Positions 48,801 to 61,208 of a DNA stretch of 64,000 nucleotides are shown here, piece after piece. The translations under genes and the position numbers were made by a program. The stretch is from contig NC_043003.1 in the NCBI RefSeq assembly GCF_006345805.1, positions 30,690,001 through 30,754,000 on the forward strand, given 5' to 3'. A model generated the notes under the pieces. That model was not told the origin of the DNA. It saw nothing but the letters and a program-made list of their open reading frames with translations, and did not search any database. The stretch's first letter is position 1; every line of letters begins with the position of its first letter. The DNA is from Octopus sinensis (lineage: Eukaryota).

Positions 48801-49559
48801 GACTAAGATCTCTCTTTGCTGAGTAGGGCTATGATAGAGGAGCAGGCAGCTTTACGCAAGCCAATGAAAGACTAGAGTATGAAGGAAGAAGCCAGAACAG
48901 GTTTTTTGATTTAGAGGAAATACATGTGTTGCTTACAATTATTCCTTTAACTGTGAAATTAAACTTTGTGGTTATTCCAGAAATGATGTTAAATATCTGA
49001 GAAAAACTAGAATTGATATTTTCTGCCTCAATAAGCTTGATATATCTTAACAAAAAATAGTTTCAGACATGACATTCATCAACAAATGATAGATTGATAT
49101 ATAAAACCGTTTTTCACAGTTTAGGGAAAGGAAATTTTGAGCGAATATTTCTGATTTCCACAGTAACAGGGGTTAATCAAATTCAACTGGGCCTCCATCG
49201 AAGGCATATATTTCCTCCTATGTGGCCAACTATTGAACCCTTATCTACTTAAATGTTATTGCACTATATAGGTAGCACAGTTTATGTTTTCAAATTGTTA
49301 AAGCATTCTACAAATTAAATGGTTGAGTAGATATGGTGTTAGACTACCAGGTTATGAATCATGGGTTCAAATACACAGCTGTGCCATGTTTGATATATTG
49401 CTATATTGTAGTGGAGGGTGCAATGAAAATCCATTGTCTTGAGCTCTGAGCAATGTTAATGTGGTGGGGAAATGATAGATCACATTTTACTTCTTTGATA
49501 TGTCTGATTGTGTGTGTGTGTGTGGATGTGTTTAACAGATTGAGTGCACGTGTGTGTGT

Positions 49560-49860
49560 GTGGCTGTGTGGTATGAAGTTCACTTCCCAACCACATGGTT
49601 CCTGGTTCATGTTTGTGGCATGTTGAGCAGGTGTCTGGTACTATAACCCTGGGTAATGTGAGTGGATTTGGTAGATGGAAACTGGAAGAAACCCACTGTA
49701 TATATATGTACACATCTATGTGTGTGTGTGTGTGTGTATCTTTCAATAAGTACCAGGCTTAAAAAAAGTAAGTACTGGGATCAATTTGTTTGACTAGAAC
49801 TCTTCAAGGCAGTGCCCCAGTATGGCTGTGGTCCAATAACTGAAACAAATAAAAGATATA
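49560..49860 (+). mobile_element. Family-B SINE, internally deleted
   Basis: TGGCTGTGTGG head, GTGAGTGGATTTGGTAGATGGAAACTG body, AATAAGTACCAGGCTT...CCCAGTATGGCTGTGGTC tail. Confidence 0.75.
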
Positions 49861-50452
49861 TATACATATATATATATACCAGGTTGTGTGTGTGTATATA
49901 CATATCTATCTATCTATCTTATATATATATATATATACCGGAGTAAACACATAAATGTGAAACAAGGTGGAAAAAAGAGTACTCAAATACCAGGAGTAGA
50001 GTAATATATATATATATATATAAATCCTTTGGAATGTTTTAAGCTTTGTTAGAGATGATCCTAAGAAAACTTGCTCTGTTCTGAAAAGCAATGTTAACTG
50101 ATAAGTTTTATCAAATATATTTATTGCTAAGTAGTTTATTTCCCAATTAAATATTTGACTTTTCAATATAAATTTTTAAAAAATGATTTTAATTTCTTTT
50201 TATTAAATGTAAAAATCAAAAGGGAAATTTATATAAAAAAAAAATAATGAAAATGTTTGTATTTGCTTTTCATTCTTAAAATTATAATAAAATGAAAACT
50301 ATATTTCTTGTTCACAGAAAGGAAAGGTTTTTTTTTTCTTTTCTTTTCTTTTTTTTCTTCTGATATTGTTGTGTTATACTATTTTATTATATACTGTCCC
50401 TGAGACTTTCAAATTATATTATTTTTTATGGACTTAATAATACAAAACAAAA

Positions 50453-51021
50453 TTAGGATCTTTTCAGTTGCTGTCACTGATTTGGAAATTTCAAAATTAA
50501 GTGAAAATTTTCAAATTTTGTATATTGATGTAACTTTTCATGCTGAGTTTGAATTTGGGATTCATTTATTCCTGAAAAAATTTAGTTAAATGTTAGAGGT
50601 TCAAAGTTTTATAATTTTTATCTATTCATGAAACAAGAGTTGGAAGCTGGCATTTTCTGCATGGCAGCTGTCACAAAATGATTTGTGTCACAACATGATT
50701 TGTGTCACAACTTGTGGTGGTGAAAGTGTCACAGTAGCACACATACAGTGCCCTTGTAACAATGAAAATAGGGCAGACTTTGGAAACAGACACCAATGTA
50801 AGATTATGGCCATGTATATAATGGTGGTTTTCAATTGGTTAAAACTACCCAAAATTTGCTAACTTTAAAAGCTATTAACTTTTTATTTATTAATTTATGG
50901 CAAGAATTAATTCCATTTTCATAATTAGCATACAGAACTAAATTAGTATACCAAATTTGAAAACAATTGGAACAAAATTAAAAAATTATGAAATCTGTAA
51001 CAGCAACCAAAGGGATCCTAA
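50453..51021. mobile_element. Old TIR element (MITE-like), superfamily uncertain
   Basis: TTAGGATCTTTTCAGTTGCTGTCACTGATTT versus AAATCTGTAACAGCAACCAAAGGGATCCTAA: about 24/30 inverted match. Confidence 0.4.
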
Positions 51022-51045
51022 GATAAAAACAAAAATATTCTTTAT

Positions 51046-51096
<51 letters not shown>

Positions 51097-51509
51097 ATGT
51101 ATGTATATTATACTAGTTGCGAAAGAGACGATAAAGTGTCTTGTTTATTTCTGTGCATAAATAAATAGTTTTGTTCTTTTAACTTTAGTTGTTACAATAA
51201 ACATTTTGAGGAATTTTAATAAAGCTGTATCATAAATACTTTCGACTAGTCATTTCATAAATTTAAACTTTGTTACTGTTAAAAATATAAAAAAGAGAGA
51301 AAAAAAAAAGAAAACAAAATATTGCAAAAGATGTTTTATTTATGAATAATGAATTATATTTAATTATACAAAGTACTATTTGTTTTTCTCTTTATGTTTA
51401 CATTTTTGTTTTGTTATTAACAGTGTTTAAAACTGTATTTGAAACTTAAATAAAAAAATAGTATGGAATTTTTTTGTATTACTAGTCTTTTTGTCTTATA
51501 AATAAAAAC

Positions 51510-51545
<36 letters not shown>

Positions 51546-51547
<2 letters not shown>

Positions 51548-51796
51548 CACCGTGACCGACCAGGCTCCAAATGATGCCACGCCGCTGGCTAAGCAAGCAG
51601 GCCAACAGAAGAAAGAGTGAGAGAAAGTTGTGGCGAAAGAGTACAGCAGGGATCGCCCCCCCCCCCTGCTGGAGCCTCGTGGAGCTTTTAGGTGTTTGCG
51701 CTCAATAAACACTCACAACGCCTGGTCTGGGAATTGAAACTGCGATCCTACAACTGCGAGTCCACTGCCCTAACCACTGGCCATTGTGCCTCCACA
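51546..51796 (-). mobile_element. tRNA-derived SINE sharing head and body with the 21031 copy but with a different tail
   Basis: The reverse complement reads GTGGAGGCACAATGGCCAGTGGTTAGGGCAG...AAACACCTAAAAGCTCCACGAGGCTCCAGCAGGG. Confidence 0.8.
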
Positions 51797-51807
51797 CATA
51801 TATATAC

Positions 51808-51838
<31 letters not shown>

Positions 51839-52175
51839 ATATACATATATACATATATACATATACATATATACATATATATATATACATATATATATAC
51901 ATATATACATATATATATATATATACATATATACATATATATATACATATATACATATATATACATATATAATATATATATATATACATATATACATATA
52001 TATATAAGTAGTTGAATGAATTATCCTAGTATGGATAATTCGGTTAACTGATACCCGGGTAGCAAATTCACATCAGAAAACACAGTTGAAGCTACATATA
52101 TATATATATATAAGCCTTGTGAATGTATTTGGTAGACAGTAACTGAAAGAAGCTCTTTGTATATATATGTATATA

Positions 52176-53040
52176 CAAAGTGCAAACAGTATTTGTTTGC
52201 AATTTTCAGCTGCCTATTTTATGCATATTTTTTTTTAGTTTTGTTGTTGGATTTTTTCTTCTTAATGATAACCATTTTTGTTTCATTTTTTTTGCAGAAT
52301 AATTGACTATGGAAAATTTTGACCCCCACAATTTGTGGAAGAGGCATGGAGTCCTTCTTGTTGGAATCCGCACCAGAAGAACAAGCAAGGAGATTTTAGA
52401 CTTCTTCAACATTAGCAGAAGGATAGTAGAAAAGGTCAGAAAAGAAGTGGAAGAGTCTGGATTTGATTATGTGGTAATAGCAGAGAGGAAAACCCATGAT
52501 CTACAACCTGACACTATCAGAATGCAGGACTTCGTTGAAGAAGTCCAGATCATCAACAATGATCCAAGCAAGTTGATGCATGCCATTGCAAGGAAGAAAG
52601 GTGTGGATGAAAAGCTTAACAGGCTGGAAATGCATGAGGATATTTGCTAATTTTACATACAAGAGGAGGAAGGGACAATTTTCAGTCTAAGGTAATGCAG
52701 GAAAAGTAACTCAAGCACACCAGGCTGATAAATAAGCTGAAATACCTGCTGGAGCCAGACATGCTGTGGTTCTTTTCTAACATGAAGAATTTCTGCCATG
52801 ACCAGAAGACCAGCTCCCAGAACAACAGGTGGCTTGCTGTCTCACCCAATGGATGTGGCCAGAGTCATGCAGACGAAATTTCCAGTGACAATCATAGTCT
52901 TTAGTGTCGTCAGCAGTGAAGGTGACATCATGCCACCCAGCTTATTTGCTGAGAGCCTCAGGCTGAATACTGACAATTACATCCATGTTCTAAGTGAGAT
53001 GGTGAGCTCTGGATCGACCAGATGGCTGCAGGGAGGTCGA
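52176..53040 (+). pseudogene. Decayed Tc1/mariner transposase fragment related to the DD37D (maT) element at 57955
   Basis: KRHGVLLVGIR...RKTH...VQIINNDPSK, LWFFS(N)MKNFCHDQK (first catalytic D lost), TKFPVTIIVFSVVSSEGDIMPP...LRLNTDNYI. Truncated before the second D. Confidence 0.8.
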
Positions 53041-54898
53041 TTTGGCTGTTATTTCTAGATGCCCTACTACCATGTAACAACTATTTGTGATAAAGAACCC
53101 GAAATACCTGTTACGTGGTAGCTGGGCATGCAAGAAATAGCAGCCAAATCTTACCTTTTCTGGGGAAAGGAGCTGTTTATATGTGATTTTGATGTCACAT
53201 TCATTGAAAGCATGTGAAATAACCTGAAAAAGAAAAAAACCCACAAAACAAAACTCCGTTGCTGGGAAACTCAGAGTTCCCCAGTGACCCAATGGGTCAC
53301 AATGTATATATACCATCTTCATATTCATCATTGTCATTTCAGTGTTCACTTTTCCATTTTAGCTTCTCCAAATTTCTTGATTATTTTCATTGTTTTATTT
53401 GAAGAGGGGATTTACTCTGAAATAGAGGATTATTAAATAACCTACATAAGTTGATGCAATATCTTTATCTTAACTGAAGGCATTATAGAGATAATTAGTA
53501 TTAAGAATAGAGTTGATAACAGGTGGGCCACTGAGGTGTTGCCTGTGCATTTTGGTTCAAGACTCTTCAACTGAGGGACAGGAACAGGTGCATGGCTTCC
53601 TCAGCTTGAAGAGAGAGAGAGAGAGAGAGCTATCTTTGATGATGAGGGAATATCCACAAAGTACAAGGTGAACATGAGAGAGAATGAATAATAAAGCAGT
53701 GAGAGATATATGTGAAAGAGAATTAGTATAACAGGGAGTATTGATAATGAAAATGATTTCCAGGTTTTTCTTGCACAGACTAAATTAAGCCAAGGTCTCT
53801 TGCAGTAAGATGCAATCATTGTCATTTAACTTCTATTTTTCCATGTTCGCATAGGTAGGAATGTTTGACAGGAATTGGCAAGTCAGATTACTGAACCAAG
53901 CTCTGCTGTCTGATTTGACATAGTTTTTTTAGCTGGATGCCTTTCTTAATGCAACAATTTTACAGAGTGTACTGGGTGCATTTTACATAGCACCAGCAGT
54001 AATGGGATCACCAAGTAACTTGCAGGACAAGACCCCTCAAATGAGGGTAGTCATACTGAAGGACAGAAAAGGTGTCTTGCATTAGAATAAAAACATGACT
54101 ACTTCAGATAGAGAGACAGAAGTGAGAAAGATGGTGAAAATGCGACAAGAAAGGGACAGAGACAGGGAGATGTGTATGGTCAAGTGGACCAGGAATTGGA
54201 GAGGATGAGTGGGTGGGTGAGATCACAGGATTTTGAAAGGAGGATCCTATATAGGATTTCTATGGACAACCAATTTTAAACTCCTATGTTATGACCTGTA
54301 GGACTATAATAAACAGGAAAAGCAGAGGACTGAGCTCTGATGAATCTCTGCCTACATCATAAATTCATTCCTGAACTTAGTGTAAGTTAATGTTTGTAGA
54401 AAAATAAATGTAGACACGAAGATTTGATATGAATGTTTGCAATTAAGTTAACTAAAGATATACAAGAATCAAGTTGTCGTGTTAAACTGGGTAGTGCATT
54501 AAACTTAGCATCCTAGAAGTTTTCTGGTATTGCTTTAGGACTAAATTGGTCTCTTGTATAAACAGTCTTAAGGTTCACCTTACATTTGACACATGCAAGA
54601 TAACTGGATAAAAAAAAAACATAATATAATCTCATAAAAATAAGCTGAAAGTGACTATCACCATTTTTGCAACACTTCCATATTATGAATCAATTACATT
54701 CTGGAAATACAGTGAATGCAGAAGTTGAGTTGTCCAAAAAAAAAAAAAAAGAGAGAGAGAAAGAGAAAATTTCAAATTGCATTTAGCCATTTTATTTTAG
54801 CTCCCGAGATTTATGATGCAAACTCCTTGTTTTAAAGGGATCTAAATAAAAAACTGCCCATCAAAGTTTCATGCAAATTTGTTCCAAACACCAGTTTT

Positions 54899-55134
54899 GT
54901 AATCCTTTCTTCTGAAGGTATAAAGCCTAAATTTTGGTGGGAGTGGGGGGAATAGACGATTACATCAATCCCAGTGCTCAACTGGTTTTTGTTTCATTGA
55001 CTCCTCCCAACAAAAAAAAAAAAATGAAAGCAAAGTTGACCTTGGCAGCATTTGAACTCAGAATGTAAAGACAAGAAATGCTGGGGTAAGCTTTTTGTCT
55101 GGCAAAGTAATGATTCAGCTAGCTCACTGTCTTA
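54899..55134 (-). mobile_element. Family-A SINE nested in an older dispersed repeat
   Basis: Reverse-complement family-A sequence interrupts a repeat whose uninterrupted paralog is at ~48161-48310. Confidence 0.75.
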
Positions 55135-55462
55135 TACCAACTTAATAATGACAAAGTCATTTTAATAAATTCTTCCTTATTTTCAAAATCAATTGAAATA
55201 AAGACTGTATTTCAACAGAAATATGGTAACAAAACAATCAATCAATTATTCTTGAGTAGATTTACAATCACAGACATTCCATCAATGGTAATCCTGTCAT
55301 TTTATACATAGATAGAACTACATTATCAAGCAAGTCCTTCCTAATGGTGGATTTAAGGGCGATTTGGCTGCTGTTACTAGCAGACTGATCCTTTAATTTC
55401 ATGTATTATTTGTTTCATAGAAGAAATCAAAAAAACATTTCAGCTTGTTAATTTATAAATAA

Positions 55463-55862
55463 CTAGCAGTATCGCCCGGCGTTGCTCGGTTTTGTAAAGG
55501 AAATAACTATATAAGCATTTTTAGAGATGTAAAGTATAATAGCCATCTCAATATGGCTAACCACAAAGAGTGGGTGGGTGTTACTGTAGCTTTTTACGTT
55601 CTGAGATTTAATAATACATTTTTAGAGAGTTACTTCCCTTATATATGCCAAAAATGCATTAAAAATGGGAAAAATTGATGGTAAATTTTTTTTAAAATCG
55701 TAGACTCATCGTAGACGCGCGCTAATACCCAGAAGGGCTCGATATGAATCACGACTATAAGATACCCGGTTTTGGTTAAACTGCACCGCAAAATGTGGGA
55801 GTAGTTAGGAATCTAAATCGTAGGAGACAGACAGCACACAACCTCACTTTTATATATAAAGA
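55463..55862 (-). mobile_element. Non-autonomous Helitron (400 bp)
   Basis: On minus: A|TCTTTATATATAAAAG start, CCGAGCAACGCCGGG hairpin near the end, and CTAG|T terminus. Inserted at AT, no TSD. Confidence 0.85.
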
Positions 55863-55960
55863 TGATTTATTAACAATACAAAACAACCTGCATAGCTGCC
55901 ACTACAGTCATATTTTAATACGTTTCAACATTTCACACATTCTTTGAGTTATTTCCCTTC

Positions 55961-56001
55961 TCATTCCTTCTTTGCAAATGGGTCTGTCCACACTTTCATT
56001 C
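55961..56001 (-). CDS. Candidate terminal coding exon of an unidentified minus-strand gene
   Basis: Strong acceptor ATTTTAATTTTCTATTGCAG; phase-1 reading (G)MKVWTDPFAKKE-stop; AATAAA about 90 nt downstream. No homolog recognised. Confidence 0.4.
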
Positions 56002-57120
56002 CTGCAATAGAAAATTAAAATATAATAAAAATCATAATCTATACTATAATGGAGAAAGCAGTTTATTTATTGAGTATGTAACAATTACTAAAAGTACTAA
56101 AAGAAAGCAATTATTAAAGGGTTGACTATCTGGAAATATTTTTATAAATTCATGTTCTAAGAAATTTCCTATAATTCCGATTTCTCAAATTTACTGAATT
56201 TTTTAAACTCCAACTTCTTGCACATTTAAATATTCACTGTATCTAATTCATCACAAATTTAAATATTCATTGCATTCACTGCAGAGTATTCCATTTTCAT
56301 TTGCAAAGTCTCTCACATTCTCTTTCAAGTTTTAATTCGCTGTTAATGCATACATAATGTAAAAACATTATTTATGGAATAAAAATTTTTTAAATTCCTA
56401 TATAATTTTTGAATGCGGGATAGCTGTGAGAAGAGCCTAGAAAGTTGGGTAATTACTATTAGAAGAGGAGAAAAAAAAGAAAAGGTTACTGACAAGTACT
56501 CGAAACTTGCACCTTATTTAGTTTCCAAATACAACTTCAACAGTGACACAAATACCAAAACATACTTGTGCACACACATAGATACACACTTGCACATACA
56601 CATAGATACACACACAAATGAAAGGCAATGAATGTGTGTGAGTGCATGTGCTGTTCACTGATAAAACTTTGTGCTGCATCACTTTTGTGAAGTTTTGTCA
56701 GTGAACAGGTCACAGTTTCAAAGTGGCAAAAATATTTTGATACAAATGAAGTTTTAATTTGTGTGTTCTTGAATGGCTTACAAACATCTTCCACACTGCA
56801 ATTGTTTTTGTTTCAGCACACAATCTCAGACCAAGTCACTTGCTATGCAAGTACATTTCTATAATTTTAAAAAATTACTATGGATAAATGCCAGCAATGA
56901 CCTCAGGCTCTCCAATATTTTAATTTCTAAACAGAAACAATCAGGGGCAGGAAGTGGGGTAGCAAAAAATTCATAATTTCTCAAATTTTCTTTTTTTTTA
57001 TAGCATATAAATGTATTTATGGGGGAAAATATTGAAAAACATCAATAGATGCAAGAGTGATAAAGAAACGAAGAGAGTTGTCTTTGGATGTGCAAGAAAT
57101 AACAGCCAAATCACCCTTAA

Positions 57121-57341
57121 CCCTTTAGTGTTTAAACTGGCCAAATCCAGCCCAATATATTCTACATGTTTTATATTCAAACTGGCGATATCTAGCCTCT
57201 CACTCCTAACCTACAATGCCATTCTGAAAATAAACAATCACATCATTGAAACCTCAAAGCTATAAGATAATGCATGATTAATTCAAAACAATTTGAGTGA
57301 AAAAGTATTACATTTAACAGAGTATTCTGAACACTAAAGGG
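57121..57341. mobile_element. piggyBac-type MITE (221 bp)
   Basis: TTAA|CCCTTTAGTGTT...AACACTAAAGGG|TTAA: perfect 12-bp TIR and TTAA TSD. Confidence 0.88.
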
Positions 57342-57954
57342 TTAAATTACTTTTGCTTCTGAAAATATTAACAATTTAAAAAAACTTTTTTTACCACAAA
57401 TGCTCTTCCCATGGTTTTGAAGTGCAAAAAAATTAGTCAAAATAGGTCCAGAGTGGAATGATGAGGGAAGGGGGTGTAAAAAAATGTTTTCAAAATTTTT
57501 TTTCATACAAAGATGCATCCCCCCACCCAACCCCATCATTTTGAAGGCTGTGGTTTAAAATAATGGAGAAAATGCCTCCAAAACATTTTCCCTGCATAAT
57601 TCTTTATAATTGTAATCTATGCCATTTGAAAGGGATTTGTATAAATTTTCATTAAAAGATATATGTCTTCCTGAAAGTTATGAGGGAAAAAAGTCAGATC
57701 GTATGAATTTTCTGAAACTCCTCTCTCCACCCCCTCGCAAAAATTCTTTTTCACAAATCCCTATATACTATGAAGTCACAACATCTAAGCTGTATTTGTA
57801 GAAAATTTTGTTAAAATGCCTCCATTTTTCTGGATGTTATGAGGTAACAAAATCAGGGGAGTACACATCTGTAGTAATGACCTTTTATTTATATGATTTT
57901 TTCATTTCATGCTTATTTCATTCATTGTTTGCAACGTTCTCTTTTACACACACA

Positions 57955-58999
57955 CTGCAAAGCTTCTGGACGGTCTCCTTGTATAAGTTGGTGAATGCTG
58001 CCATAATCCTTGCCTTCTTTTCATCTTTGGTATTACAAGGAGTTTTGTTCGTCTCTCGCTCAATTGTGCCCCACACATAGTAATCAAGGGGGTTGCAGTC
58101 TGGGGAGTTAGGTAACCAGTTGTTAGGAGTGATGTGGTCACAGAAATTGTCTGACAGCCATGACTGGATTCTCCTGCTTGTGTGGCATGGTGCAGAGTCC
58201 TGTTGCCAGACATAGGGTCTTCCAGCAGCCACTCTCTTGACTCGGGGCCACACTACCTCCCCCAGGCACTTGATGTAAGCCCCTGTGTTGAGTCTGAAGT
58301 CGTGTAGGAAGATGAATGAAGGCATAACATCACCATCACTTGTGATCACTCCAAACACCATGATGTTGACTGGATGTTTGATTTTTATCACTCTCGGTAC
58401 ATGTTTTGAGGACATGGCAAGTCAACAGTTCTGTGTTCACCATCTGATTCTGGTAGAAATTTTTCTCATCTGAGAAAAACCAAAGTACGTTTGGTTGGAG
58501 GGGATGCTTGAGTTTGTTCAAAAGCTTTGTAGTGTGATCTTTCCTGCTGTCCTTGATGGCTTGGGATAAAAATTGACCCTTTCATGTCCCTGATGATGGA
58601 CCTGATTGACTTGCAGGGATCATTGTCAATCATGGCCTGGATCTCACCAACAATTTCAGAAGTCCTTTTCTTATCAGAATGATCATAGTGAGTTTTCTAA
58701 GCTGCTGTACCTTTGTAATCACCATTAGACTAATCCAACACTCTTCAAATCTTCTGCAGTCTTCAGATTGACGCCCAAACACTCTAAAATGTTTATATTG
58801 GAGCTTTGGGCATGAATACCAAGCAGTACAGCATGTTTCTAAACTTCTGGTAGAATGAATTGCGTCATGGGGCTGTTTTTCTCACAGATGGTGCCCAACT
58901 GACCCTACTATACTGTGTAGTCGATAAAATCAAAAACAAACAATGCACATATGCAAAATTAAAAATATAAAATGGTGATAATTTACCCATTGCACACTG
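57955..58999 (-). mobile_element. Defective DD37D (maT) Tc1/mariner transposon
   Basis: WFFSDEKNF, WQQDSAPCH and SPDCNPLDY with 37 residues between the second and third D. Has stops, a frameshift and an internal deletion. One TIR-like end (CAGTGTGCAATGGGTAAATTATCACCATTTT) at 58999; the 3' end is missing. Confidence 0.88.
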
Positions 59000-59874
59000 C
59001 ATATATATGTTTGATGCTAAACAGTGTGTGTGTGTACCCTTCTTCTCTAGAATTCCATTGTATTAAAAGTCACATACTGTGTGTTGTTTCCTTATCCTTA
59101 AATTACACCTTCCCAACCACAAGCATAAGTGTGCCAATTTTATTTGGCTGTTGCCAAGAAGATAAAAGCTATACAGACCTGTTGTACTATGGACCAAAGA
59201 AAATCATGAAGTGAAGAAGAAAAAAAAAAAAGAAAAGTAGATTCACTCCTCTAGTTCTTCCCCTACATCTTCTGTTGATACATCTAAAAGATTATACCAT
59301 CAAAATCCAGCATTATTCATCTCACTCCTCTCTCCTGCTGTCACTTTTAATGGATTTCACTGCCCAGAAAAGTAGCCCAGAATTATAGACTATTTTTGTT
59401 TAACCCAAGGACAATCTTGATTAAAATGAGCAACAATCAAAGGTGTTCTGTTGACACATACTCTTTTCTTCAGATAGTGCATCTAGTACTATATTCATTA
59501 TTGTTGTTGTTGTTTCACTGAGTGTATTATTCACTGTGTCCTTCTCTTTATAAGATGGAAGAATACAAACATTGTTGCAATTTCAAGTAGGCTGAATGAG
59601 CACATAGAAGCTTTGAAAATTAAAATGAAGACAAACCTACCAATGTTCAAGCTATACACTAACAACATCAACCACAGCAATCTGAGAGATCATAGAGAGG
59701 TTCTGAGTAGCGTCCCTCATCCTTTGACTAATGCACACATTTATGTATGTGTATGTGCATAGAAGATTGAAAAAAGAAGACAGAAGGGGAAAGAGAAGTA
59801 TCCTAGAGAAAACAGCCAAGAGATTTAGAAGAAATGTAAAAGATGAAAATGAATAAAGACAATTATATCCTAAC

Positions 59875-59931
59875 CTCCAGGTTGAATTTTTTCTCTGTCG
59901 ATTCCTTTTCTTGCAGCTTTTTGTAATTCCT
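59875..59931 (-). CDS. Candidate 57-nt internal exon of an unidentified minus-strand gene
   Basis: Acceptor TATATTTTAATTTCAG, donor GAG|GTTAGG; phase 1-1 open frame xELQKAARKGIDREKIQPG. Confidence 0.4.
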
Positions 59932-59978
59932 CTGAAATTAAAATATATATGAACATATAAGTGTGCATACATAAATAT

Positions 59979-60040
<62 letters not shown>

Positions 60041-60840
60041 GAGTATAAAATAAATGAAGAGTGGACTTTATGTTATAATGCTTATTCCATGGTTTATAAT
60101 TGTTTCAACAGTTGCATATTATGTGTATAGACATTGATGATAACAATGATGTAGTCATACATATGTAATATATATTCCATGATAGCACTAGGAGTAGTTT
60201 ACTTCAGAACCAGTTGAATAAAGTAATACAGAGAATCATTTAGCTGCTTGCTTAAATAAGAACCATCCAGCCTTAACTAAAGTGTGTTGTGCTAAAATTC
60301 ATGACAGCAAAGAATATTAATTGGCAGAACATATGATAACATTATGAGTTAAAATCAGTATGTTTAGGGCAGATTTAAATAATCTAATTTAAAGTGCTGG
60401 CTTGGAGACAGGTTGAATAGTATCAAATTACAGTCTTGGCTGTCATCAAAATGGTTTGATCTAAACAGAAGACACACAGGCTACAGTTTGTCTGTTAACA
60501 GAGTAGATATGCTTGTACAGTTACATCAGACAGACAAGTCTGTACTTGCTAATATATATATATATACTATACAATAAAATATAAACACACACACACAGGT
60601 TCGCCATGCATTCTATCCCTCACATCCATGCAGTGATCAAAATATATAAGGAAACATCAGTGGTGTGAGAGGGTGAAAGGACTACACCAGCAGTCAGCTG
60701 ATACTCATATTTGCCTTGAACAGACTGGAGCAATATGAAATAAGATGCCTTACACAAGAACAATGCACTGCTCATCATAACCTTCTGAATGTGGGCCCAT
60801 ACCCTAACCACTTGCCATGGCTCCCTCTATGTGTGTGTGT

Positions 60841-60886
<46 letters not shown>

Positions 60887-60890
<4 letters not shown>

Positions 60891-61208
60891 ATGTGGCTTA
60901 GTGTTAGGGTATGCAGCGCATGATTGTAAGGTAGTGAGTTTGATTTTTGGCAGCATGTTGCGGCTTTGAGCAAGACACTTTATTTCACATTTCACCAGCC
61001 CACTCAGCTGGCAAAAATGAGTAGTACTTGTATTTCAAAGGGTCGGTCTTGTCACATCCTGTGTCACGTTGAATCTCCTAGAGAATTACATAAAGGGTAC
61101 ATATATCTGTGGAGTGCTCAGCTACTTGCATGTTAATTTTTGATGGGTAGGCTGTTCCACTGGTCAGATCAACTGGAAACTTCATTGTCGTAACAGGCTG
61201 AGAGCCAG
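60887..61208 (+). mobile_element. tRNA-derived SINE of a further family
   Basis: GTGGCTTAGTGTTAGGG head, TTGAGCAAGACACTTTATTTCAC core, TGTCACATCCTGTGTCACGTTGAATCTCC...GGAGTGCTCAGCTACTTGCATGTTAATT body; a related minus fragment lies near 34270-34395. Confidence 0.65.

Noticed and set aside
49937-50010. CCGGAGTAAACACATAAATGTGAAACAAGG... recalled as a Penelope-associated repeat end
   Set aside because: Only ~70 bp remain, no ribozyme core or ORF is present, and the assignment rests on memory alone.
59641-59727. Minus-strand 87-nt AG...GT segment with a good donor
   Set aside because: Stop codons in all three frames.
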